A stretch of 64,000 nucleotides of DNA from Nageia nagi (Eukaryota; Plantae; Pinophyta). The stretch covers positions 17,670,001-17,734,000 of the forward strand of contig JBITNC010000001.1 in the NCBI GenBank assembly GCA_050084985.1, in the 5' to 3' direction. The notes beneath the pieces are model-generated. The model made no database searches, was not told where the DNA came from, and saw only the letters and a list, made by a program, of their open reading frames with translations. The translations under genes were made by a program, and so were the position numbers. Positions 1-11,437 of the stretch are shown here, piece by piece. Positions within the stretch are counted from its first letter, which is position 1, and each line of letters begins with the position of its first letter.

Positions 1-1577
1 ACAATCGAGAATACACCTTTAAAACCAGCCAATGCAAAAAGTGTATAACTCAAATTCATGGCAAAATGTAAGTAAGTTACCTTCCCAAATGTGTGGAGGT
101 TGGCATCACCGCAAGACACCAATTTCTGAAACTTACCAAGTTTCCTATCAACAAGCTCATCCAAATCATGCCTAAAAAGAAATAGTGCGCTGCTGTCATA
201 AAAATCAGAATTCAACTTGTACCTGTTTAGAATGTTTCTGTGGATTCTCAAGTTCAAATTTATCTTCTTTTTCCTTCTATAACTGATTGAGGCACCTTTA
301 CATATGAAATTTTCTGATCTTACTTTTCCTAAGTTGATAAAATGAACACATATGCAATTTTTCAACTCATGCGTAGCAGTCTCAAATCTTATTGCATCAA
401 ATATCATGCAATGTACAGCCATATTCATGTGAATTGCAGCCAAGCCATTTGTCATCAGAACAGTCCAAAACGTCTTGCAAAGTGGAGTACAAAACATGAA
501 GGAAGATGTACTAATGTTTTGACAACAAGTATATATAAAACTTGTCTTTGTGCATGCCCAAAGAAACACACAAATCAAATCAGTTTCCTGTGTAACTTCT
601 GCAATCTCAAAACTGTATGCCATCTTATGCATGTCAATAATCAAATACCAACTTGAAATCCTCCAATGTAGTGTGCTCCAAATCAAACCTGAATTGAAGA
701 TGTACAAGGGCTCCAAAGCGTGCTCAAGAGTTTTCACAAATGCTATGAACTGTATAAAAGTAGAAAAAATGCAGTCAAGACTGCCTAAGTGCTTCTTCAA
801 GACCCATGAAGTTTTCAAAGTATCTTCCAACTCCAACAATCTAAAAATGAAATGATTAGTTTCCCATCTATAACTGTTACACATTCTCAAAATGAAATCA
901 AAAATCATCAAGGAAAAATTATGAACCAATGTATGCCAAGGTTCAACAAGAAGTGCAACCCATTCATCCCATTTGTCTTTCAAACCATGTTCCAAGTATG
1001 TGCAAGTGTCCCAATAAAGTGTGGAATCAGTCTCCTTTTTGCTATTCCAAAACTTCATCAACAAGACAACTATAATCCCTTGAATTCTTTCAATTATGAT
1101 ACTTTTTTGCTGGCTATCCCAATTGTCTAAATAGCTGAGAATGTCATGTGGAATTGTGAGGTGACAAGTGTACCAATTGTCCACATTTCCTACTGTAATT
1201 TTTCTGATTTCTTTATCAGATTCATAGGTTGCCATCAAGTGAGAATTTTGTGCAATTCTTTCCACATATAAGGCTCCAAAAAACAACTCCAAATACGAAA
1301 ACAGAATCAACAATGTGTATACCAATGAAAGCCATAAAAAGAGATGGAAAGATACCACATATGACCATGAAAAAGTATCTTTCTCTGTAATGTTCCATGT
1401 CGGGAGTGCTCTACACATTCTATCATGCATCCACATGAGAAAAATCAGCATTTTATTTGAAGGAACCATGGCTGTAGTAAATTTACCTTCACATGAAATA
1501 TCAAAGAGTTGTCCTCCTCCCATGTACTTGTATGAAACTTCCAAAATTTTGCATGCAACTTTGGATGTGTTTTCCTA

Positions 1578-1825
1578 ATTCCTTGTAGCACTATACTCTT
1601 GCCATCTAGTACAAATTTTAATTCCAATTTTTGATAATTGGTAGAATAATCACCAAGAGACCAAAGCAATTGGACTCCCAAAACCATATGAGGCACACCA
1701 CCCAATGGAAAAAACAAAGAATTGCTCATCACTCTCATAGTTTCCAAAGCTGATTTTTATATTCTTTACTACTTTATTGCAAGGAATGAGGTCACCAAAG
1801 GACTCAATTTGGAAATCTCTCTTAA
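1578..1825 (-). pseudogene. Ty3/gypsy aspartic protease C-terminal remnant, frameshifted
   Basis: FQIESFGDLIPCNKVVKNIKISFGNYESDEQFFV followed by MVLGVQLLWSLGDYSTNYQKLELKFVLDGKSIVLQG, typical of the RVP_2 C-half (D.VLGVQWL..LG). Confidence 0.75.
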
Positions 1826-2903
1826 CTCCATTCAAACTGTCACTAACTGAAAATTCTCCAATGCAATTATTATGTTCTTCATTGATTTCATTCCCAAAAA
1901 GTGTACAAAATGAAGTATTTTGGATCTTTTTGAAACATACCTCATGTGAAAGAGTGACATCTCTATTACCAATCTCTTGAATGTAATCAGCCATGCAAGA
2001 TGAACCATGCTCCAATGTTGAAATGTCTTCATTATGTTCTCCTTCAAAATTTTCTATTTGGCCTTCTTCTTTTTCAGTGGTGGAAACTTCAGAATTTTCT
2101 GCACAAATTACCTCAAGCTCTTTTTTTTTATGGACAGTTTTAATTTTTTCCATATTTTCCAAAGCTGATTCATCAACATAGTCCTCATTAAGGTAAAAAT
2201 CTGTAGAATCATCCTTAGACCCTTCATTTCCAAAGAAGCATTTCAACTTCTTTTCACACTGTTTTACAACACTATCAACCAAATAATGGGCAGCTGCAGT
2301 AGAAATCAAATTTCTCCTCTAAACATCCAATAACATGGACAAGAGTGGTTGGTAAATATAATCACCTTCATTTATAATCAAGACCATAATATCTCTCATG
2401 GCTGAAATGACATTATTAGCATGCTTTTGTCTTGCTAATGCAATGAAGTGATGAAACATTTGGTAGATTAATTCATCCATTCCCAAATCTAACAAAAGAT
2501 TTCCCATTCTAGTTTTTGCAAATATTTCAAGTAGAGAAACCCTTCTAGCAAAATGAGAACTTGAAACATTTCCTAAACCCTCAAAACTATCAACCAACAG
2601 CTGAAATATTGCTCTCAATGTGTTGTCATCATAAGGAGTTCTAGGTGCATAAATTTGCAATATTTTACACAAACATGAAGCAACCATAATTCTTACCTCC
2701 TTATCCTTGTGGTTCAACCATTTCACCTTGCTTAATGATTTTACCACTGGAATTAAATCTGCATGTGGCTCATCCATCATATGCAGACAATCCTCTACTT
2801 CTAAGATGCAAATAAGAGCATCTTTTGGCTGAAAGAGAATTCTAAGTTTTTCACTGGCATAATTGAGCCTTTTAATCACCTCTTTTTTGCCAACTAGTGC
2901 CAT
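1650..2903 (-). pseudogene. PDS5: Intronless PDS5 N-terminal HEAT-region fragment plus acidic linker; one in-frame TAG at 2321-2319
   Basis: HKDKEVRIMVASCLCKILQIYAPRTPYDDNTLRAIFQLLVDSFEGL...RRVSLLEIFAKTRMGNLLLDLGMDELIYQMFHHF matches plant PDS5 from memory (V.VAVASCISEITRITAPDAPYDD..MKEVFQLIV..F..L...KR.SILET.AKVRSCVVMLDL). ORFs 2903-2319 and 2309-1650 are in the same frame. Confidence 0.88.
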
Positions 2904-3590
2904 GATCCACCATTAACCAATTCAACCCCCAAAAAACCTTTGCTTCAACCAGATCCCAAATCACAAAACCTAGATAGTCCAAAACTGAAAAACTCTACAA
3001 TAATTTTGCAAACCCTATTTCTGCAATTTAATTTCTGAAAATTGGTAAAAAATCATAGGAAATGCTAGATCTCATACCAAACATTTTTGTAGAATTTTTT
3101 TTTTTGAGGGTAGCAATGCAAAGTAAGGCTTAATGGGTATTCAAATCCACCCCACAAATGCTTTCACCTGCTAGAATATTTAAAAAACGTCACTTTTCTT
3201 TTTTTCCTCAAAAGGACCCTTCTAGAAGCTTAAAATTGCATACAAAGTGCTCAAAAATACCCCTTAGGGTTAGATGTTTGGCTTAGTATGCTGGATCTGA
3301 TGCTGGAACTCCAAAATTGGCCTCAAATGGCCCCTCAAAGTAGGGTTTCCTGATACCCACGAAATTAGGGTTTCTTTCTACAACCAAACAAATTACCAAG
3401 AATCTGCAATACCCAAAATGATTTTCACCATAAAATTGGCAACCCTAATTCTAAAAAACTCTGAAACTGAGATACCCACAATTGAAAAACACTAAAAAAT
3501 GCTAGATCTGAAAATTCCGCAGAAATATTTTACTCAAAACTCCAATTCTTTGAAAAATGTTAGATCTAACCACAGGCTGGCAAGATCCAA

Positions 3591-3602
3591 GCTCTGATAC
3601 CA
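3591..3602 (-). promoter_or_regulatory. Primer binding site (tRNA-iMet), TGGTATCAGAGC
   Basis: Exact canonical sequence, 2 nt from the LTR end. Confidence 0.95.
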
Positions 3603-3604
3603 CT

Positions 3605-4336
3605 TGTAATGTTCCTTTTATTTTTATTGCTCAAGTGAATGCTCAAAACATAGTAATAAACTTGCAGCCAAGGAACAATGTCAAAACTCAGAAAAATATG
3701 CAAAATAATGGAGAGAATCAGCCAAGGAATTTTTATTAAAAAAATGATGTCAAACCAATACAATAGCTGAAGTGCCACAAATGCAGATCCAAGCTCACAA
3801 AAATGCCACAAATTGGCCAGATCTGAAAATGGTGCAACAGAATGAGGCTAGGCTCCCATGCAAGGCCTCCAACCCTCAAGATCTCTCCAAGAAATCGCTA
3901 CCTCCAACTCTAGATGTGCAAGCATCCCCAAGAGTGAGGCCCACAACTCCTGAAGTCTCCCAAGCAATAGCTACCTTTAGCTCTAGGTGTACAAACACCC
4001 CTAAGACTAAGGCCCACAACCCTTGAGATCCAAATATGCATGAACACGTACACACTTGGGTTGAGAAAGGAATCTCCACTCAAAAATAATAAAATAGATG
4101 AACCACAAGCTTCCTCAAATAGGATGCCCACTTCCCTTTTATAAGCTCATATTCTAATTTGGAGTTGACATCTCCCAACCCTAAAATCACTTAGAGTGCC
4201 CTATTACAAAATAAAAATATAAAACATAAATAAACACAACTTAAGTTATGTCTCCTAGTCACATGAACTCCTTTTTCACTTTTATAATTAAGTGTAGGAG
4301 ACATTTACAAAAAATATTTATTTTTGGTACATTACA
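3605..4336 (-). repeat. 5' LTR (732 bp) of the PDS5-carrying element
   Basis: Termini TGTAATGT...ACATTACA; adjacent PBS; near-identical inverted copy at 23361-24094. Confidence 0.93.
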
Positions 4337-5698
4337 GATGCTTACCCTGGAGACTTGGCATTGTTTAATATTTTAATATGCTAATATTTATTTAATAAAA
4401 ATATCAAGGCAATTATTAATTGTAAATGCAATATTAGTCACCTAATTTGGGGCGTTGCATATAAGAAGCCTTGATGATTGTAATTTTGGCATTAAATGGG
4501 CCTGTTTTGTAACGTTGCTCCTCTTTAAGGTAGAGTATGATACCAAGGTGATTACACACACTACGAGGCACTAGAAGACCCCACACTTGGACGTTGGGCA
4601 TGACAAGAGGATTGGGCCATTAAGATGAGCAATTGGGCATCCCAAGACACCCATGTCTCACTTGGAGGCTCTTAGCACAATGGCATGGATACCAAGGCAC
4701 AAGGAAGTCTCCCATAACCCAACGTTGGCATTTTATGCCCTTGGATGTGATTACACTCATCTCAAGGCATCTCATCATGCGTGTGAGATATGAGAGCACA
4801 TGGATTACCCTTGGACACCGTTGGATGAGATTACATCAATTCCAACACAAGATTAATGATGAAGCTATCTCGCATTATAAAAGGACTCCTAGAAGACAAT
4901 ATCATTATGTAATTATTATGATTTTTCTTCTTGGCTTGGGCGTTGCTCTTCCTTGATTTCATTCTTCGGAGTGACGTACCTATTGCAGGGCGCAAAACAG
5001 GACTTATGTGAGGAATAGCACACCTCGGGTTGTTAGCTAGCTATTCAGGGGGTGTTGGCATTACCCTTGTATTAGTAGAACATTGCTAGTGGATCTCTGA
5101 AATTCCACCACAACTATTGAAGGAGGAAGCCTTGGTGCAAGACTTGTCACACTATGGATCTGAGCCCTGGAGCATCAATCTTCATTGCACAATCATTGTA
5201 ATTGAGGTTACTACACTTGCTAATTCGAATACAATTACATTTGGCCACTATTTTGCTATTTACTTGTCATTTTGTATTAGTTGTCTCTCCTTTCTTGGAC
5301 ATTGGATTTGGAGTGCATAATTGTGTTAATTACAAGTGATCTAGCTTTCCTAATTCCTACGTTGGGTATGTCTGAGCATTTGCTTGTTGTTGCTTAAGAC
5401 ATTGCTTCCATAGCTAGACGTTGGGGTTGTTGGAGCTTATTGTGCTCCTGAAAGTGTGACATTGGCATGCTTGCATGAAAACTAGCATTTTGGCTTGGTT
5501 CGTGGATTACTGACTCTTCTTGGTGTGACGTTGGCTCCTGGGGAGCATTTTGCCCCAGATCTGAGACTCGGAGTGTGACGTCCCTCTAGTGATATTTTGG
5601 CAATTTTTATTATTATTTTAATTTTGGAATTTGAGGATTTGTGTAGAATCCGAGTGAGCCCTAGTTTGGCTCATCGCATGAGGGTTGAGCTTATAACA
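4337..5698 (+). mobile_element. Old LTR fragment into which the PDS5 element probably inserted
   Basis: Ends ...TTATAACA, has a TATA box, and resembles the A/C LTR families in reverse. Left boundary and TSD not seen. Confidence 0.45.
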
Positions 5699-6144
5699 GG
5701 TACATATCTTTCCAGAAATGAAAAGCAAGAAGCAAGAAGTAGGACTTCTTCAATTGCTACCAAATGCCAAATATATTGGAGAGTTAACAACCTAGGAAAA
5801 TACACTTACCAGAAAGAAGCCACAAGGTGATGCTGCTTGAAAAACTTGTCTGACTTTTGAAAAGCTACAGATCTTTTCCAATGTACAAGGTGACCAAAAA
5901 CTACATGGTAAGAAATTTTCAATAGCTGCACCTTGCTAAATCAATACCACAATCTGAGGAAAAGGAAAAAGAAAGAAGCAAACCCCATGACACCAAAACA
6001 GACTACATATAAATTTTACAAACACAGAGACAAGCAAATTAAACTTAATTTTGTGCATAAATAAGGATGATATGAGTTCACATATTGTTGAAAAGGAAAT
6101 AAAAGAACTATCTATAATAAATTTAGAATGTGAACTATCTGTCA

Positions 6145-6341
6145 GAAATCTAACATGTCATGATATGAGTTCACACGTTGTTGAAATCTAACATGATATG
6201 AGTTCACACGTTGTTGAAATCTAACATGATATGAGTTCACACGTTGTTGAAATCTAACATGATATGAGTTCACACATTGTTGAAATCTAACATGATATGA
6301 GTTCACACGTTGTTGAAATCTAACATGATATGAGTTCACAC
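6145..6341. repeat. 33-bp tandem repeat, about 5.5 copies (CATGATATGAGTTCACACGTTGTTGAAATCTAA)
   Basis: Directly visible, nearly identical units; a degenerate unit lies at about 6068-6092. Confidence 0.95.
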
Positions 6342-6560
6342 ATGGATTCTAAGTTATTCTACCTAAGGAGAGACCATATAGGAGCATACTGCGATCCTCC
6401 TTCATATCCGCACAAAAAGGCATTACAATTTGATGCAATTTTTCTTCTATTGAGCTATTTCATTCTTGTTGAATATCCGTTCCTATAAATGCTTTCCACA
6501 AATAACCAAAATGCTTCTATGCAGTACAAACATTAGGAAAATAAGGAATTTTGACATTAC

Positions 6561-6662
6561 GAGTGATCCAGACTGAGTGATGATATCTTTAAACCATCTC
6601 TGCGATGTGGTTGTAGACTGGTCTCCAGAAAGATAAGATCCGAGGCATATGCGGCTACACAA
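6561..6662 (-). CDS. ACH2: Acyl-CoA thioesterase II exon: [33 protein letters not shown](S)
   Basis: tgtttcAG / GTaatg; 102 nt; contains the ASD motif with the catalytic Asp and SLDHS; in frame across a 19.9 kb intron. Confidence 0.93.
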
Positions 6663-8709
6663 CTGAAACAATAGCAATCCACATAAAGTGAAACACTGGG
6701 AAAAGTCTTTGGTATGTCTACTTGATCAAACATCAAGAATAAATGTATCCGAAGAACAGATAAGGATTGCATTCTGTCTACATTCATGAAGACAGAGCCA
6801 AGACCGCCAATAAAAACTAACATTTAAGTTACATTGTATAGGTGAATGCGAATCCATCCATCTTTATCAGAACCTAAGCCATGCTGGGTATGCTTCTAAT
6901 ACAAAAGGAAAAAGGAAAAACAATTCAGCCAAGAAGATCCAGCTGCAAAAATCACTTGGAAATTGGGATTACTAACTTGCCAGGCTTTTTCTCCAAGAAA
7001 TGACACACAACATAACTGCCCTATTTGTAATATTGTAAGTGTCAGTCTTTAAAAAAGATTCAAGCATGACAAACATATATCAAAAGATAATTTTCATGAT
7101 TTAGAAGCAAAATGTCCCCTACAAATTTCATGAACAAGAATCATGCAGTTGTAACAACCAAAGACAAATTTGCACAAAAGAAACAACTCGTAAGGCACAT
7201 ACAATCTAAAAAGATAATGCAGCATTATTTTACTGGGGCAAACGTAGTGATGGTCTCAAATCATAATGCATCTTTGCAGGTGATCTCCCAAGGATAACAA
7301 GTTTGCAGATTCTTTGGTATCAGTTGCAAGCTCAAACTGTACCATGACTACCTGCATCTTAATATGACAAAAGGAAGAAGATATATAGAAAGAAGTAATT
7401 AATATTGATGTCCTCAGATGGCCAAAATAGGTCAATAGGACTATAAACAAAAAAAAAAAAGATCTATGGGACTATTGAAAAAAGTAAGCTAAACAAATTC
7501 AACTAGAGAGTAAAATGGAAAATACATTTGAATAATATGTGGTGGCACACAAGTATCCATGCTGATTGAAAGTGGATTTCTGAGATAAGGAAACATATCT
7601 CTATCATCATACAAGGCTGAGAGATCTATCAAAAAGTCAGAAAATTGGTGTTACATATCTAAATGAGCATCTGGCTAGTAGGCAAAGAGAGGAGAAAGAT
7701 GATGAACTTTGAAGAAAAGTGGGTCCTACCCATGTAGTGGAAGGTAGAGAGTATATAGGGATTCAAATAACCCCTTGGAAAGAAGAAAATTGTTGAATCA
7801 GCATGGATCTGCTATTTGATGTCTGAGTAGAGATCATCGAAGAGGTGATTGGAATCCCCCAACATCACAAGCAGGAAGGAAGAAAGCCAATTAAGGATTT
7901 ACTACCATTTGCAAAAATGGTGAGCAAACTCAAAAAATATCAAGAAGAATCCTGAGGCTGTCAGCCCAATGCTGCTGCTAAACACAACCAGGCTAAGTGA
8001 TGATGATATCCATGATATGCAAAAAGTAACCATAGAAAGCCAATTTGATCTAAGAGGCAAAAGCAGTGAGATCTAAGTGGCAGTGACGTATTGTTGATGG
8101 AAATCTATTAAACTAAAATTGCACCTATCTAAAATAATTTTATGTAAATGATTTACTTGATTTAGGCAAAAAGTTTATTCGAGCTCTAAGCAATATCTTT
8201 TAATTTAGTATTGTCGTATGTGCACATTGGCCTAGGTGATTACACCTAGGTGAATTCAAAATTTGAGTTCTCAAAGCTATATAAAGCAAAAGCAAAATAC
8301 TTATGTATACAAATACTGATTTCTAATCATAGGATGCTTATAGCATGCGCAAATCCTCAAATAAAAAGTTTACAAATTCAATGCAATGGCTGCCTTCTAA
8401 ATAACAATATTTCATCACATCCATTCCCACATGGAGAACATAAAACAATCTAACAGATTCAAGAGTTTCGATTTTATTCATTGCATAAGAACATTACATT
8501 CAACCAAAAAACGGAGTCCATGTTTTTCAACTCCCAGGTCTGCAACTTCTCTTACGCAACTAAAATCTACTCCTACTACATAAACAAGAAAGATTACTCT
8601 TCTCTCTTTTCAAAAGATCCCAAAAAATCCAAGATCCCCCTCAAGAGAGCTCTCCCAAAGTTTTATAACCGAAACCTCCGTCCTACAGGTTTCTCTCAAT
8701 CATTTCAAC

Positions 8710-9200
8710 CATAGAATAAAAAAATAATTTTTTGAAAATATGGCCTAGGGCAAATACATAAAAATGGCAAAAAAATGGTCAAAATATGGTGAATACGACA
8801 AAAAATTGTGAATACGGAAAAAATAACAAAAAAACTAAAAAAAATGGTAAAAAAACAGAAAATACAAAAAAGTTCATGACAAAAAATTTGACAAATTTGG
8901 GGAAAAACAGACAAAAGACAGGAAAAAATGTAAAATAAGGCAAGTACGATGCATATGACAAGGTTTTTATGCATGTTTTTTTGGTCGTTTAAACACCAAA
9001 TACGACAAGTACGAACATTGTACCTTCGCGTTTTTAAGTTGTTTTCAACGTTTTTTGCTCATTTAAATGACATTTAAACAGCCTTTTTTCACTAAGAAAA
9101 AAATGACCTTTTTGGCATTTTTTGAGGGAAAATACGGTATTTTTCAAGAAACAGAAAAAATGGCATTTGGTACCTTTAAACGGCCTTCTTTTATTATATG
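8710..9200. mobile_element. hAT-type MITE
   Basis: TIR CATAGAATAAAA / TTTTATTATATG; 8-bp TSD ATTTCAAC/GTTTCAAC; same family as 17615-17828. Confidence 0.8.
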
Positions 9201-9750
9201 GTTTCAACTTACTCCACAAACTATGCCACTCCTCTAACCTCTTCAACTCCCCTTATGACACATATACAAGTCATTATAATGGTTATAGGTGAAGAGCAAC
9301 TGTTGTCGAGCCTTAAACAACAATGTCGATTCTTATTTTGATAATGATGTTAGCATACGATTTGTTGTACTCCAGCAAGGGTCTTCAATACTGAACATTG
9401 TGCTGCAAAGATGTAATGTTCCAAATTATAAAAAATAGAAAATTATACAAATTGCATCAAGATCTCAAGAAAACACCAAAAATGGACACCAAGGAAATCA
9501 GATCTGATATTATTAATGCTCAAAGAGACAAGTACAATGCACAACAAGGATCCAAGATTGCCCAAATGGGTTGGACGAATCATTCCCACTCACCAGATCT
9601 CACTATAAATGGCCCTTTTGACGTCTAGCTAGAAGGTTCGATCTGAAGCTCCTACGAACTCCAAGTCACCCCCAAAGGTTGACATCACACTATTGTGGTT
9701 CCAATCTCCTGCATCTGAGCATTGAAGGTCTTCACACAAGATGGCAAGAG

Positions 9751-9883
9751 CTTGATGAGGCTCCACCAAGGGCATGGAAGCTTGATGAGGCTCCACCAAG
9801 GGCACGAAATCTTGATGAGGCTCCAACAAGGGCACAGAAGTTTGACGAGGCTCCACCAAGGGCACGAAAGCTTGATGAGGCTT
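9751..9883. repeat. 30-bp tandem repeat, about 4.5 copies (CTTGATGAGGCTCCACCAAGGGCACGAAAG), inside a degraded LTR-like segment (~9412-10226)
   Basis: Units directly visible. The flanking sequence starts TGTAATG and contains the GGAGGGAGATGTCCCA..GGGCTCACA motif shared with A-family LTRs. Confidence 0.8.
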
Positions 9884-11437
9884 CTGATCCAAAAGGGGTA
9901 ATGGTGGCAAGCAACCAAATTAGCAAGTAGATGATCAAGTCTTCAAAGATGTCCCCCACTCATGCATCCTCCTCTCCTTATAGATGGAAGTCTCCTTGTG
10001 AGGGTTAGATTTCGCCTCATTGTCATGCATGCTTGGGAATCACACATCATGGTCTAGATCTCATCTTGGGATTTATGAAAGGTTGGGCGTCTCACTTTGA
10101 ATTTTGTGAATTGTCCTTGGAATCATCATAATTACTCTTAGATGCAATAAAATACTCATATCCTACTCAAGGAGGGAGATGTCCCATTTTTGGGCTCACA
10201 ATTTGGTCCCTTGGACCCACAACGCCTTGTAATGTCGCCAATTTTGAGAAACCTTGTTGAAAGCATAACTTTCATCACAATCCATGTATCGTCGATTTGT
10301 CTTCTAAAATGGATAGAGAATCTCGTGCTAATCGTTTTGACAAGTCACACAAGATGGTTTTGCCAAGAACCAGGGGAGATATGGACTTTTGAAGATTCGC
10401 CTCCGTAGCCAATTTCTACTATCACACGCACGAGACCCTCTTTATTAATATTGTATTTAGTGTCGTTTGTGACACTTAAAAATAAAAGGTTTGGCCCTAT
10501 GAGGAGGAATATTTGGAGTGAATTCTATTTGCACCACCATAACCATCAACAACAACCCTTGAGAAACATGCTTTCATTGAACAATACCAAGTTTTTCCAT
10601 GAGATATAACTTGGATTCTGATTCTCAGCCTCATTATCATGAATTGTATCAAATTACCCTCTTATGAACCAAAGACTTAAACAATGATTTATCACATATA
10701 TCCAATAGAACACAAGATACAATAGAGATCTCCACATGTCTTCCAATAGAACACATCAATGAAGAAGAATTATCACCAAATATAGTCAGAATTTGGCATT
10801 TGAGATGAACACTACTATAACCCTACTTATTGCTCATAACCATAATTGTTAGTAAATTATAGGGTGCCTATAAGGTTTGTGTTTATTCATGGGAACCCTT
10901 TGCATAGATATATACTTGCAAGGAAGAACCTTGCTTGCATCATCTATATTGTATATAAATATATGTTTATCCTTCCATCTCTTGATCACTAATAGCAGTA
11001 TCCATATAAGGCCAAATCTCCTTTTTAAAGGAATACCCCATAGCCTCATAGGTCATAACACAACACACTTCAATACTCTTGTCAAAATAATATGAATTTG
11101 GATCTGAAACTATTGTACATTCAAATGTCTTCTAACATATAGGCACTCAAAAAGCAATAGAGGCTAATGGTAAGGTATCAACACGCAATGCATCAGGTAG
11201 AAAAAAGGAAAGCAATATCCAATCATCTAGATAAATGGAAAGTTAAGAGGAATCAGTTGGTGTGGATTTCTTTCCTACCCTTGCAGGGCCGCAACGAAGG
11301 TAGGCTTAGCATCAGAAAGATGCCTCACTAGCATATATGGTGAGATACCGTTACCTATCTCCACTCTAAGGGACTGACTACCCTATAGGGCTACTTGGCT
11401 TCATGACCTCTAGGACTGGAATTTCTAGAGACCCATC

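Larger units (their letters stand above)
1..4336 (-). mobile_element. Non-autonomous Ty3/gypsy-derived LTR element carrying a PDS5 fragment; its 3' part runs off the window
   Basis: On the minus strand: 5' LTR 4336-3605, Met PBS 3602-3591, ~690 nt leader, PDS5-like ORF, then a gypsy protease remnant. Confidence 0.85.

Noticed and set aside
2319-2903. A bona fide host PDS5 gene nested in the intron
   Set aside because: Intronless, N-terminal part only, directly downstream of LTR and PBS, and fused to a protease remnant.
7030-8100. Possible RNase H and extra-ORF remnants
   Set aside because: Only a few residues resemble the motifs; too degraded to call without a search.
9629-9959. Overlapping repetitive ORFs in several frames
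   Set aside because: By-product of a stop-free 30-bp tandem repeat.
10480-11250. Possible gypsy integrase remnant on the minus strand
   Set aside because: Similarity is faint and no catalytic motif could be read confidently.
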